A DNA stretch of 63,290 nt, filler included, from Asterionella formosa (GCA_002256025.1; 14 parts of 14 records of this genome joined end to end with filler, not necessarily neighbours in it), one strand, 5' to 3'. Shown: positions 24,272-37,077, numbered from the whole stretch's first letter. Numbers and translations are program-made. Notes: generated by a model not told the origin, from the sequence alone.

Positions 24272-25055
24272 CCTTGGTAGAATTCCTGCTACCGGTATCT
24301 GCTAATCTAAGTTTTGCTAAATTCATGACCGCAAGCAATTTGGAGAGTCTCAGACCAGGAGCCTACGAACAGACTTCCGAGCAGCTTCTATGCCTGCCTT
24401 GCGGCATGGTTTTCTGCATTTTCAACGGTAACCAGTTACTTCTTCGTCTGTGAGGTTCTGCCTTCGAACGTGGTGTCACTGTCAAAGTCAACGTTTACTT
24501 GGTACCAGGTACCATGTACTGTACTCAGAGTACATAGCGGGTCTCGCAGCTTGTATCAACACAGTATAGCTGTGCTGTACATATGAAGGAAGGCAGATCC
24601 GGTTGACTGAACGAAGAAGGATTCCGGTGCACTCTCGCAAACACATTGCATCCACGTGCATTTCCAGTACCTTGTCCCTTGTTGCTTTGAATGATTCCTA
24701 CTTGTGTGGCTGGCTGGCGTACCATTTTGATTATTTTACTGATATTGTGTACATACATTAGTACCCCTGGTACCAGGTACCTGGTACCAGTAGATGTCCA
24801 ACGATACTTACAGTTCGTAGCGTAGTACATAGTGTCATTGAGGAGTGAGGCAACGAGAAGGCCATAAAATAGTCATGGAGGACTAAATTCGGTAATGCAC
24901 AGTATTTGGTACTTTGTTTTTTTCGTGAATTGTGCGATCAATCGAAACGTCAAGGACCACTCTTCGTTACCGGTACAAAAACCTTTATTTTACAGTGTGA
25001 AGCAGGCAGAGGGAGGAGACGAGATGGTAACGAGAGTGACGAATGAGAACAGAGA

Positions 25056-27125
25056 TTGAAGATGTCAATCAGGCTCAAAGTTAGCACTCTAGAATCACAG
25101 GACTATCGCGATTGCCGAACAGAAAAGGGTCTACAAGGTATCAGTCATATCGCAGTTGATTCCATGGACCAATCACTTCTCAGTGCACTCGAATCGTCTG
25201 GGGATACATCAGAACAGCTTCGGAAATCCAGTCGCAAAGAACGAGAGGAAGTGATAGTAGGGAGTCGTCGGGAGAGTGGAAGATCTGTCTCGACTCTCGA
25301 TGTCGACGGTCCTATGGTCGCACCTTTTCAGCAATTGCAAGCAGCTTCTAGCGCCACTAGGGAATTCTCGAAGATTTCTTCAACGGAGGAGCAATCTAAT
25401 CATGTAGCTCCAAGAACAAGTCAGGAGGAGAAGAAGTCTATGTCTCCCGCAGCTCCAGTACTTGATACTCACAATGGTGCAATGGGAAGGTTTTCGTTCG
25501 CTGATGAAACTGACGAACATCAAAATCCTATGTTTCACTTGGAATCTTTTGGTCGTGATGACAATGGCGCTCGTTGTGTGGAAGAAACAACTGAATGGCT
25601 GCTTCATGATGGTAACACAGAGAAGTCGTCAAAGATGCCGAGACCTGCTGCTCTTGACAATGTTATCAACGAACTTCCTTCGAGCGTGATGTCGCCCCCT
25701 TCTTCTCTCTACTACATTTCGCCATCACCTCACTTAAATGGCAGGGATGGTGACGAGGAGACGTTGAATTCGTCGGTTTCCTCTCAGCACTTGAGCAATA
25801 TCATGAACACCCCGCCAGGCTCCGCTAGCTTGTCAACGTCAAACGCAGGTTCGTTGCACCCGGTCCTTTACAGTGCCATTGGATCATTAGAGAAATGTTC
25901 TGCAACTAGCTTTGGAAAAGTGAGGATTCAGCATAATGCAATGTCGAATCGAAATTTCGATCGCCCTGCAACTGCACAGACCTTGATACCCCCTGAGTCG
26001 AAACCGGCTTCGACGCGAACAACAAGGCACCTGCCAGATGCGAGGAAAGCAACACTGATCAAGCCCTTGAAGATGGCATCTGAAATTGATCGATCAAAAA
26101 GAGTGGCAAATGTCAAGTTTCAGACGGCCGAGAACACAAAGAATGCAACACCAGCCGTGGATGCTTGCATCGCCGGAGCGAAGACAGAGCGTCGGAAGCC
26201 AAAGAAAGTAACTATTAAGGACTCTCTCAAGGGCGAATCCAAGTCAAGAAAGCCAGTAGAGATGTTTCGTCCATCATGTGATGCGTATACACCTCGAATG
26301 GAAAAGAAGAAAATTAAGTACAAGCCGGCGGAAATGCGGACACCGGTGCAAAAAATGTCTTCAACAATGGGAACGTTGGCTCGTCCGAATTTTCGAGATG
26401 CGCTGCGCCGTGTTGCTATGATTCTTCAACAACACATAACGAAGATAGAGCGGCGATTTGAACTTGCCGGAGCAAATTTTATAGGAGATGGTCTTTTTCA
26501 GACAGCTATGAGGGAAGCTTTCTCTGAAGACAAGTACTCCACTCCTCGATATAAATGCACGATGGTCAGAATTCCTATGGCCCGACCAGGAATGGTATAT
26601 GGACTTAGAAAGCTGCGCCCGATATACTCCGTTCCGTCGGAACAAGAAATATACGATTTCGGCCATAAGCTTTTCCAGTCGGTTCAGCTCTCTTCAGAGT
26701 GTTCAATTGTGTGTTTGATATATGTGGAACGATTAATGGAAATCGCTAAAGTCCCGCTACTAGCAAGCACATGGAGACCGATCTTTATGTGCGGTTTGCT
26801 GTTGGCGTCAAAGGTATGGCAAGATCTGAGCTCGTGGAATATTGAGTTTGCAAGTGTTTACCCACAATTTTCGCTGGAAGCAATAAACAAGCTAGAGTTG
26901 GAGTTTCTGCGTATGGTGAAGTGGGATTTGTATATATCGAGTAGCCTCTACGCTAAGTACTACTTTGCCCTTCGGTCACTGCTTGAGAAACAAGACTTCC
27001 GCATGCGCTACAATCGTATGGTTGGTGGTGTTGGAAGCGTCGATGTATCCGAGGCTCTGAAGGTTCAACAACGAAGTGAACGCGTGAAAGAGGAAGCGCT
27101 GATGCAACTGAGTCGAAGCATGTAG
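25056..27125 (+). CDS. Cyclin Y-like protein with a long disordered N-terminus
   Basis: C-terminal cyclin box LSSECSIVCLIYVERL..TWRPIFMCGLLLASKVWQDLSSWNIEF..SSLYAKYYFALR is typical of cyclin Y. The start is probably ATG 25062 or later. Confidence 0.9.
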   Translation: MKMSIRLKVSTLESQDYRDCRTEKGLQGISHIAVDSMDQSLLSALESSGDTSEQLRKSSRKEREEVIVGSRRESGRSVSTLDVDGPMVAPFQQLQAASSATREFSKISSTEEQSNHVAPRTSQEEKKSMSPAAPVLDTHNGAMGRFSFADETDEHQNPMFHLESFGRDDNGARCVEETTEWLLHDGNTEKSSKMPRPAALDNVINELPSSVMSPPSSLYYISPSPHLNGRDGDEETLNSSVSSQHLSNIMNTPPGSASLSTSNAGSLHPVLYSAIGSLEKCSATSFGKVRIQHNAMSNRNFDRPATAQTLIPPESKPASTRTTRHLPDARKATLIKPLKMASEIDRSKRVANVKFQTAENTKNATPAVDACIAGAKTERRKPKKVTIKDSLKGESKSRKPVEMFRPSCDAYTPRMEKKKIKYKPAEMRTPVQKMSSTMGTLARPNFRDALRRVAMILQQHITKIERRFELAGANFIGDGLFQTAMREAFSEDKYSTPRYKCTMVRIPMARPGMVYGLRKLRPIYSVPSEQEIYDFGHKLFQSVQLSSECSIVCLIYVERLMEIAKVPLLASTWRPIFMCGLLLASKVWQDLSSWNIEFASVYPQFSLEAINKLELEFLRMVKWDLYISSSLYAKYYFALRSLLEKQDFRMRYNRMVGGVGSVDVSEALKVQQRSERVKEEALMQLSRSM

Positions 27126-27231
27126 GNNNNNNNNNNNNNNNNNNNNNNNNNNNNNNNNNNNNNNNNNNNNTTAATTAATTAANNNNNNNNNNNNNNNNNN
27201 NNNNNNNNNNNNNNNNNNNNNNNNNNTATTA

Positions 27232-28010
27232 ATGCCGTCGACACTGCTAACTACCTCGAGCAGCAAGCTCCTTCAGCGAATTGGAAAACGAGCGAATTTA
27301 TTTGGTAGCCGTCACGCTTTCTCCAACGAGCAGCGATTATTCTCCACGGAAGGAGCTTGCGAGTCTGACCATTTTGAGATCTTAGGCTTGAAGGTACGAG
27401 ATGAAACTCAAGAATTTACGCAGCAGCTGTCATGTTCTCATTCATTCTATATTGCACAGCCATCGTTTTCCGTGTCTCAACATGAACTCAAGTCAGCGTA
27501 TATGAAACTTATTTCGGAATTGCACCCCGATCGACACACGTTAAAGTCCCTAGATGAGCAATATCTCTTTCAAGAAAAGGCCTCACAAGTTACGCGTGCT
27601 TACACTATTCTTAGTAATCCTCATGAACGAGCAGTTCATCTAATGAGACTTGCGGGGAAACCAATTGACGAGCACTCGACGGTACGATCTGTGATGTGTA
27701 TATCATGTTTCGCTTTTAAGTATGTTCCTTCATTAGGTACCTACTCACACGTTTCCATGCTCACCAGGGAAAGTTGGTGGGATCCATGTTCTTAATGGAG
27801 ATAATGGAATTGCGGGAAAAAATTGAAGAAATTTCGGGAGAGGCGGAGCTAAAGGCATTGCAATCAAATAATCTACTACGAATGGAAGAATTAGGTGAGG
27901 AACTGGCGTCAGCCTTTGACAATCACAAGCTAGAGGAAGCCCTTCGATTAACAGCGATGCTTCAATACTACTATCGTGTCGACGAGACAGTCAGAGAAAA
28001 AATGCACTAA
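27232..28010 (+). CDS. hscB: Fe-S cluster co-chaperone HscB/Jac1, mitochondrial, 3 exons
   Basis: J-domain DHFEILG..LHPDR..AYTILSNPHERA and C-terminal FLMEIMELRE..LQYY. Introns at 27394-27459 and 27682-27767 (GT..AG, frame-consistent). Basic N-terminal transit-like peptide. Confidence 0.9.
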
Positions 28011-28211
28011 TTGATTCATTCATTTTAGACGGGAGGGCACACGGTGAAAATTGACTCGTCTTGAAACGTATGTAACTGTTTTCCTGTCGCGTCGACTCAT
28101 GATTGCTGCTGCTATTTACCACTGAAATGTATAGTAAGGTGTTCAAACTAATTTATTTCCAATTTTTCTGTGTTTATGGGATGTGGATGTATGTGATCAA
28201 CAAAAATACTC

Positions 28212-29114
28212 TTATGCTTCGCGGCCAACTGTTGGCATCTTGTGAACGAAAACTGTTTGTCCCGAAATCATTCCCATGCAGCTGATTCCGGTGTATCCAA
28301 TGACAGCAAACAAAAATCCAAACATGATTCCAGCAAGGATATTTGGAGTCATGTACACATAGTATACACCGGTCATGTCCTTGTTTGCATTGGCATCGTC
28401 GTTTGCATCCTTCAGGCGACGATCGCCACCAGTAAGCGAAAATGTACGTCCAGCGGATTGCTGCACTTGCATACGACGACGAGTTTCCATTGCACGTTCA
28501 TGTTTGACCTCATTAGTCGATCGGATTCCGGTAAGCACAACACTGCTCACTTTGTCAGATTCAATGGCCTTCAAAACAGCATTATCTAGTACTGCCGGGT
28601 TCGTGCTAGCAGGAACGTTCACGATCAGTACCTTCGCTGCCGCCAACGATCTCGCTCTTTTGCTACCTTCGTTTCCAGCCTTTGACGTGACACCGTTATC
28701 GCCAACCTCGAGCTCAGTATCGCTGGGAAAAGGGTCCGATAGCAAGATTGAAAACTCGTCAAGACTAATGGACATGCCACTTGACATTTTTGCAACAGCT
28801 TGAGGGGACTCAACACCGCCACAATGGTGGTGAACAGTGGAAGCCTCTTCATATTTAGAAGCCACACCGGGAAGGGACCCGTTAGAAGTCATTCCTGACA
28901 ACGACTCTGAGCCGTCTTCGCTTCTCCCAATGAGGAATACGGCAGACAATGATTCAGAAGATCCAATCACGTCAGCGATAACTTCCGCCGCTTGTACAGG
29001 CTGGGAAGAGTGAATAACCGTACTTGATGAATCTCTCCCATTCTTCCACACGATGGCGGGAGCGGCAACACTTGAGCCCACAAGGGATGACAGAAGGACG
29101 GCGGCAAACTTCAT
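28212..29114 (-). CDS. Type I membrane protein, V-ATPase subunit S1/Ac45/Voa1-like
   Basis: Signal peptide MKFAAVLLSSLVGSSVA. The C-terminal TM MTPNILAGIMFGFLFAVIGYTGISCMGMI resembles the Ac45/Voa1 TM domain. Confidence 0.65.
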   Translation of the reverse strand: MKFAAVLLSSLVGSSVAAPAIVWKNGRDSSSTVIHSSQPVQAAEVIADVIGSSESLSAVFLIGRSEDGSESLSGMTSNGSLPGVASKYEEASTVHHHCGGVESPQAVAKMSSGMSISLDEFSILLSDPFPSDTELEVGDNGVTSKAGNEGSKRARSLAAAKVLIVNVPASTNPAVLDNAVLKAIESDKVSSVVLTGIRSTNEVKHERAMETRRRMQVQQSAGRTFSLTGGDRRLKDANDDANANKDMTGVYYVYMTPNILAGIMFGFLFAVIGYTGISCMGMISGQTVFVHKMPTVGREA

Positions 29115-30262
29115 TGTCGATTTGATGTTGCTAGTACATGTACTTCTTGTAGAGACCCATGCAGTTGCTTGCTGTTGGGCACAAGCGCGCCGTGCCCGAA
29201 CCCCGTAGCGAGGGAAACAATCACTAATATACGTTGTATATATATCCCTCGGCTAATTGACGTTAACTTGGCACCTGCTATACAAATGCTACGTAATGCA
29301 GAAGTCGAACATGATAATCATATTCTTTTCATTCGTATGTATATCATACGCGTTGCAACGACGCACTCGGAATTGCAGGTACCTGGTACCTGGTATGTAC
29401 CGGTATTGTTCGTGTCACTGGTGTCGTGATTTGTGTGATTTTTATTGCGCTGTATGTTATATACCGGTACCCTTGTACCTGGTACCAGGTACCGGTATAC
29501 AGTCCTATGTATACAGTGACTGTTGCCAGAAAAAGTATGGAGTACCTGGTACCAGGTAAAGTTACAACATGGAGTATCATCTCACATGGAAACAAGGAAG
29601 GTCAGCAAATTCCGCTATTTGTCCATATTGCGGCCTGTCAGTTTCAGGTCGTTATGATTGTTTAAATATAAATTTTCAAATGAAGCCTTCATCCATCATC
29701 CAGAAAGTAATGCCTTGCTTTGACTTCATTTGTACCCACCAGTACCTCCTGAAAGCCATCTTTCCATTCCCTTGCTGCCTGAGCATGTAGCCAGTTCCAT
29801 CATTACTTGGGGTTGTATCAGATGTTATCACAGAAAGTCCTTCACCATTTTTCATTTGCATACCCTCTACCAGGTGTTCACCAGACAATTTGTATGCTAC
29901 ATTTACCATAGTGAATAAGGAATTACCAGTCCAAGCATGATCTTCTTGCAGAGCATCAGCAGATACAATATTTTCTACCAAAAAAACCAACCCAACTCTA
30001 AACTAACATAGAGAGACTTTTTGGCCATCAACATAGAGTGAACATAAAACCAGATTCATGTGAACAATCTAGGATTAGTGTGCTCTAGCTACCACTTCGC
30101 ACACATCATCACTTGTGAGCATTCCCTGAAAGCATGTTGTTGATACAAACAACCAAATACCACCAAGGAACATCCGACATGAGTAATGAAATTCTATGGG
30201 TATTTCAGTGGCACAGGATTTTTTGGTTCTTTGCTTCACAGCTGCACTAGCATGTGAACGGC

Positions 30263-31382
30263 TTACTCAACCTTGGCGTAGAAGATTCCCTTGGTAAGAA
30301 CCTTCTTTGGGACCTTGGATCCCATATCGGTATCAGAAAGCTGAGTGGCAACGAAGACACCTCCAATCTCCGATTCCTCAACGTTCACCTTGTTGACTTC
30401 CATCTCGATACGACCCTGGGTGACATCAAAGACCTTGTTGTTTTCGGCGAAGAGTTCATCGTCACCTTCCTCTCCGGACTGAAGTCCTGGAAGAGCGACA
30501 GCCATGTCGTAACCGGTGACACCTCCACGTCCCTTAGGGTCGAGGAAAAGACCAGTTCGGTAGGAAGGGGTGTTGAAGTCTCCTCCCATCTGGAAACCAG
30601 GCTTGAAGGTTCCTCCGTTACCCTTGGCAACAAGATCCTTCACTGTGAAGAGGAAAGGAACGCGCTCGCCTCCGGGAAGCTGGACAGTGGTAGGAGCATA
30701 GTCGATTCCTTCCTTTTCGTTGAAGACAATGCTTCCTCCAACAATATCAATCTTACCCTCAATTCCCTCAAGAGTGTAAGTCTGACGAGTCATCACTTTG
30801 GAGTTAACAAATTTCTTCTCAGTCTTTCCGGCCTTTCCGATTTCTTCTTCGACAGCCCAGGCCTTTGGCTCAATACACATGTCAACAAGCTTTTGGCCAG
30901 CCTTGGGGGTGATGGATCCCTCGCCGATGACTTCGGAGCAACGGTTCGCAAGACCAGTTCCCTTCACCTGCAAGTAAGTGAGCTCGTTGAGCTGGCTCTT
31001 GGTGATGGCCTGGGCAGGCGCAGCGGCAAGTCCGAGAGCAACAACTCCGGCAAGAGCAACCTTTCCAGCATTGGCAAGATCATCCTTCATGGACATCTTA
31101 AGCTGGGTGTTCGACTGTGGTCATCAACAATAATAAACAAGGTAAAATCAAACGGTTAGCAAATAGCGTATAGCGGCAAATACGAAGTCACAGTCCCTAC
31201 AAAAGCACGCAACTAATCCAGGGGTGAATCACTGCTGTAACCGCTTAATGCATTCATTCAAGACTCAAGCTCTAGTCCCATTGTTCCTTCAATTCAGTAA
31301 CACTCACACTGACGGAAGTAGCAGGGGCGAACGCCGAAGCGGACGCAACGAAGGCAAGGGTGCAGGTAGCGGCAAACTTCAT
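30263..31382 (-). CDS. psbO: Photosystem II oxygen-evolving enhancer protein 1 (PsbO), 2 exons
   Basis: Exon 1 31382-31308 (MKFAATCTLAFVASASAFAPATSVS, ASAFAP motif), intron 31307-31115 (GTGAG..CAG), exon 2 31114-30263 with VKGTGLANRC, GGERVPFLFTVK, YRTGLFLDPKGRG and SDTDMG. Confidence 0.98.
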
Positions 31383-31752
31383 GGTGATGTTTGTTTCGAC
31401 GAGACTAAAGTATGTATGTCTTTCTGCGGTCAAGCCATGGGTCTGTTTCCTACAGCAACGTACGCAACGCTTAGTAGAAGTTTGAGGATATGTAGATCCG
31501 GGTAACCTCACGATCTTTTAGGTTGAACCTGCGTCCATTTCTAACAGCTTTTCGTCCATGTCTTTTTCTGCTTGTCTTGATGATGCATTGTTCGTCCTTT
31601 CATTCGCTCGGTGTCAGCTTTGATTGTCTGTCTTCGACCGTCCAACAGGTACNNNNNNNNNNNNNNNNNNNNNNNNNNNNNNNNNNNNNNNNNNNNTTAA
31701 TTAATTAANNNNNNNNNNNNNNNNNNNNNNNNNNNNNNNNNNNNNNNNNNNN

Positions 31753-34420
31753 TCTAGAATTATGTGAACGAAATTACAGAATTACGTGAAGTATTTCAAA
31801 TAATTATGTGAAGTATTTTCAAATAATTATGTGAAGTATTTCAAATAATTATGTGAAGTATTTCAAATAATTATGTGAAGTATTTCAAATAATTATGTGA
31901 AGTATTTCAAATAATTATGTGAACGTGATCACATAATATAGTGATGATCAGGAATGCATGCATGATACTTTGATCAAATATTTAACGTGATGTATTCAGA
32001 TAATATATAGATATATTCAACTACGTATTTTGATGTATTCAACTAATTCATGTGATGCATTCAAAATCAACTAGGCTTATTTATGTGATGGTCACTTCAC
32101 GTAATACGCGGCTTAGATGTGGAAACATCCAATTTGGTGAAAAATACATATCCAGCACGTTTAGTGAGAATAGTTTGTATTCGAGGCTAAGGGTAAATAT
32201 AGCGATTGATGACTTTATTGAGTTCACGAAAATCTGATACCCATCGGACACTTCCATCCCTTTTTGGAATAATAAAAGTGGGAGATGCCCATTTAGAAGC
32301 ACCACATTTTTGGAGGACTCCAATATCACATGCATAATCGTTGTAATTCGGTTTTGAAAACTTCTAATTGAATATGAGCGACCGGATATGCTTGTTGATG
32401 ACGAGGGACAGCATTTGATAATAATTCCAAATGTACCTGTTTATGAGGATAGACTTTTAATTTGCCATCAAATAATGTTTGATATTTAACCAATATAGTT
32501 CGTAAACATGATCGTTGTATTGTTGTCAAATGTATCTGTTTATCCACGACTGTATCAAATTTACCGTAATTTTATTCAGCAGCCTTAATTTCCAGCGCAT
32601 ATGAAGATTCCACAATCATAGGTGCATCAAAATATAATAATACATCTCGTAAACGTTCTCCATCATCAAAGAATGTGAGAGGATGCATAGGAACAATCAT
32701 ATCCATACAGGACATGGTGTTATTTAAGAAATCAATGGTTAAACCAACTTGACGGAGGAAATCATGTCCCAAAATAACATCAAATGTGCATAGACCATTA
32801 AAGACTTGACACTTTTGTTGTAAAATATGAGCGGATCGATTAAATTCTGGTAGAATCAGGTCATATAGCATGACACTGGCATGAGATGAATAAGTACCAG
32901 CTATGGTATGTATTAATTGGGAAGTCTCATCAGACAAGGAAATACCTTGAGGCATAACCCGTTCATGTATTAAGGATAGGGATCCTCCACTATCGAATAA
33001 TACTCGTAGTATTTTATGTATCGGTATATTATCCACCAATCTTGGCGCTAAAAGGGAAATCGGAATCAAATCAATTGATGTTAATATATCCTTAGAAGTA
33101 AAACAGGAAACCGGAATTGGGCCCTGATATGTATGTGGAACATCATGTCCATCAATACAGTTATATATATCCCGCATTACAGCAACAGCAGTATCCATAG
33201 TGTATTCAACCTGTAAGTAAACAATATTATTCAGGTGATGACTAACGTGAGATATACTCAACGAGTCATTATAAATAGCATCGCTATTATCGCACATACC
33301 ACCTCTGTGATGGCGATCAGCAATCTGCTGTTGTGTGGTAGGGACCAAAGTCACTATCTGACCAGCAGGAGGGTTCGTGACCACTGAAATTTCCTGGGCA
33401 GATGTATTCTCGGTAGGATCGGCACGTGGCATGGTACCCCAACCGGATGCATGACTATTTCGACCCCATGTATTTAACATACGAACATGTGGAACAGACA
33501 CAGGGTTAGCAGTGTCAGTATGGTAGCTTTCCATAGGATTGCTATGTGAACCGCCTACACGACCACCAAAATGTCCTCGTCTACCGATACTGGAACGGCC
33601 ACGTCCATTATGACGACCAGCCATACGACCTGCTCGACCACCTTGAGTACGAGGATTCTGGAAACAATTGCCCCAAGTATGTGCACCTTCAGGATGTACC
33701 GGGCAAGGACCACGATAATCATGGTACGTACGACTGGCTTGAGAGCTTGATGACGAACAGTTGCCTGACGATCCCATGCGCGTCCGGCTGCATTGACAAT
33801 AGCACGCGCCCTTCCACGACCACTTGGAGTAAAATTATCGCTGTAGAATTGACGACTGACACGCTCGTTTTCTTGACGCATCACACGATTGCCTTCAGCA
33901 ATGCGAAGACGGTTTTGTGTGATTGTTTGAAAACTGTTCTTGGGAAGATGCTTGTTTCGGTCTTTAAACGATTGTTGACTCTCGAAGTAAGCGAGAATCG
34001 AGCGAATCGATTGGTCTGAAGTCTTTGCATGATTTAATTCAAACTCTTGTTGCCACTCATCGGGCATAGATCGGATAATGATAATCCGCATACCGGTATC
34101 TTCTTTTGACAATCCAATTTGATCTTCTGGATGAGGCATTAGTTGAAGTAGCCTGTTTAAAGTTATAATACGAGTTCCGAAATCCATTACCATCGTAGAA
34201 AAGGGTTTAGATAATTAACGTAGCATCCATTGTCGTTGACGTTGAAAACTCTCGTTTGGTAAACGATCGTCTAACCATAAAACCATCGCTTCATTGAAAC
34301 TATTGAACGATTGATCTTCTGGGTGTACTTCCACATTCAACCAAGGCAATGTCGGTCAAACACCTCTTAAAGTAGGAAAAGTTATCTGCAGGGCTAAAGG
34401 CACATGTGTTAGCTAGCCAT
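31753..34420 (-). mobile_element. Degenerate Ty3/Gypsy retrotransposon: gag, protease and start of RT fused to an LTR
   Basis: gag SMPDEWQQEF, knuckle CPVHPEGAHTWGNC, protease [57 protein letters not shown] order with frameshifts and stops. Confidence 0.9.
31757..31925. repeat. 22-bp tandem repeat (CAAATAATTATGTGAAGTATTT), about 7 copies, probably inside a Gypsy LTR
   Basis: Directly visible and adjacent to the LTR-like segment shared with 22697-22850. Confidence 0.9.
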
Positions 34421-34654
34421 GTCACGAAATTGATTCACTTGCCTTTACCTAAAAACTGAGAGTCATATAAAGTTTACCTCATGTTTCGACTCAAACTATT
34501 TTAGTCAAATTTCATGGTGACAACAAATCAAGTACGTAGCTAAATGTAGAACAGGCTCTTCGCTTTCAAAAGGTCTGTTTAAATAGTAATGAAGCTTCAT
34601 TATTCAAGAGATATGAAGTTTTCCTATCAATACATATTTTTTACTATTGGTCAT

Positions 34655-35625
34655 CAGCCAAGAAGGTGTGTAAACTTTCAGTGCTTGCTTTGGACTGCTG
34701 CATGACCAGTGCTGTTGCAACGGAAAATCCGAACCATCTTGCTACACCATTTTATGGCTGATTTCTATCTAGCATATCTAGTATTCGATGTACGCTAGAT
34801 CATTGCCGTCATGGCGAATGGCGATATTCTCAGAGTGAACATATATTGATCAAATTGTTCATCAGGATTTGTAAATATTTCTGTTCTTGTGGGCTGCTGC
34901 ATGACCAGCATTCCAAACCATCTGTCTCCACCTATTGAAGGCCGATTTCTATCCAGCATAGGATTCGATGTACAGGAGAGCATTGCCGGCATTTCGAATA
35001 TCGATATTCTCAGAACGAACATATATTGATTCAATTGGTCATCAGGATGTGAAATAAATTTTCGTTGCTTGTGGACTGATCATAAGTACTGTGGTAACAA
35101 AACTTCCATACCTCCTTTCTCAACCAATTTTAAGCCGACTTTTATCCAACATAGTATTTGATGTACATGAGATCAATGTCGATATCTTCAGAACGAACAT
35201 ATATTGATCAAAGGAGACGTCAGGATGTGTAAATTTGCTGTGCTTGTGGACTGATCATCAGTGCTTTAAGGCTGATTTCTATATAGAAAAGTATTCGATG
35301 TACACGAGATCACCGCCGTCATTTCGAATATCGATATTCTCAAAACGAACCTATATTGATCAAATTGTTCATCATGATTGTGTGTAAAATTTCGGTGCTT
35401 GCTGTGGACTGCTGCATGACCAGTGCTGTTGCAACAAAAATTCCAAACCATCTTGCTCCACCATTTTAAGAATGATTTCTATCCAGCATAGAATTCGATG
35501 TCCACGAGATCAATGTCGTAATGGCCAATATCGATATTCCGAGAACTAACATATATTGATCAAAGGAGGCATCCGGATGTGTAAATTTTCGGATGCTTGT
35601 GGACTGATCATCAGTGCTGTGGCTC
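34655..35625. repeat. Diverged satellite with a ~175-180-bp unit, about 5-6 copies (one internally deleted)
   Basis: Recurrent GGACTG(C/A)TGCATGACCAGT..ATTCGATGTAC..GATATTCTCAGAACGAACATATATTGATCAAA blocks. Confidence 0.85.
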
Positions 35626-36178
35626 CGGACAAGGATCGAGCTAGAACTTCAATTCAAGGTCAAAAACCCAACAGGTGACCCAACTTGTCCTCCCAAGGTC
35701 AGGTACACAAAACGATTAAATCGAAAAAATAGAAGCAAGACCAGATGCAAGTGGAGAGGTTGATTCATTTGACCTTGGTATAGATGTTGATGATGACTTC
35801 ATGACCATTTTTAAGGACAATAAATGAAATGATGGACCTCAAGAAATTTCAACTAATATAGCTGCGACTTCTACAGAATCCAATGGAGCAATTTCAGCTG
35901 CAGCGGCTTTGAATTCTGCTGGTTTCACTGATTGTGCAAGATTTCCTCGACAAATGGTATCCCTCAGGATTAGAGATAGACAAGTGTCAAACAATCTCGA
36001 TAAAATTTTGACTCTAGTTTCTACACAGTCCCTCCAGAAGGCTGGAAAGACTGATACTGAAGAGATACAATGTCAGCAGCAACAGCAACAAAACATGATG
36101 AATATGATGAACATGATTAACATTATATCGATCATTTCATCCATGTTGAACCATGGGGCACCAGAAAAAACGCAAGCA
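35626..36178 (+). pseudogene. DUF6818-like (Myb-like, transposon-associated) gene remnant
   Basis: Frame reading VKNPTGDPTCPPKVRYTKR matches the KPTGDPxCP motif. A Q/M-rich tail follows, and the frame is interrupted by stops. Confidence 0.55.
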
Positions 36179-36392
36179 NNNNNNNNNNNNNNNNNNNNNN
36201 NNNNNNNNNNNNNNNNNNNNNNTTAATTAATTAANNNNNNNNNNNNNNNNNNNNNNNNNNNNNNNNNNNNNNNNNNNNTGAGCTCCCAAAGGACAGAGCG
36301 GCTGTGCAGCTAAAGTGAAGGCGGACCACTCGACCGGGAGGCAGCGAGTCGCTAAGAGTAGTACTGACAGCAGCATCTAACATGATGGTACA

Positions 36393-36426
36393 ATTGTTGT
36401 TGTTGCTGTTGTTGTTGTTGTTGTTG
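36393..36426. repeat. (TTG)n microsatellite
   Basis: About 11 TTG/CTG units. Confidence 0.85.
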
Positions 36427-37077
36427 TCTGCTGCAGTGCCAAGTGACAGTCTAGGTATGACCTATGCAGACAAGTTCAGATTTGCTGCAATTCGAATCCG
36501 GATGATGATTATATCAGTACCGGTATGATGCTGATGATGATCATACATGTTAAATCATGGTGTCAACAGATGAAATGATGGACATCCTTCTACGGGTCGT
36601 TCGTTGTACCTGGTACCAGGTACTACAAATCGTAGGATCCAGAACCACAAACACTACGTATGTCATACGTTTTGTACATGCACATGAGCTTATATTCGGC
36701 ATGTCGTAAATCATAAAACGTATATTAACTTCACTTCTATAGCGCCTTTAAACTGCTCTATTTGTGATTGTACTGGTAGTGCAACCTGGCTACAGTACTG
36801 GATGACATATCAGTCTTTGTCTTTAGGTCTGACTACCTGGTACTTTTGTGACCTCCTTTTTTCTTGTTTATGCATCTAAACAATCATTCTCTAGTACTCT
36901 AATCACTCTTTTCAACAAAACCCCCTTCCAATCTCCTCTAGAGCTTGTCAGGTCAGCTATTGCTCCTCAGTCCAACACTCTCTCAACTCCTCAATTGTTC
37001 ATCGTCTTCTTTCATCCCTCTCATCCTTATCCTTCACAACAGGTTGTGACCCCAAATCATTTCTCTTACTACCATTC

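Noticed and set aside
30254..31159. 301-aa plus-strand ORF
   Set aside because: It is the antisense shadow of psbO, caused by strong codon bias.
31757..31925. Short repeat array resembling CRISPR
   Set aside because: Head-to-tail 22-bp units with no unique spacers and no cas genes, in a eukaryotic context.
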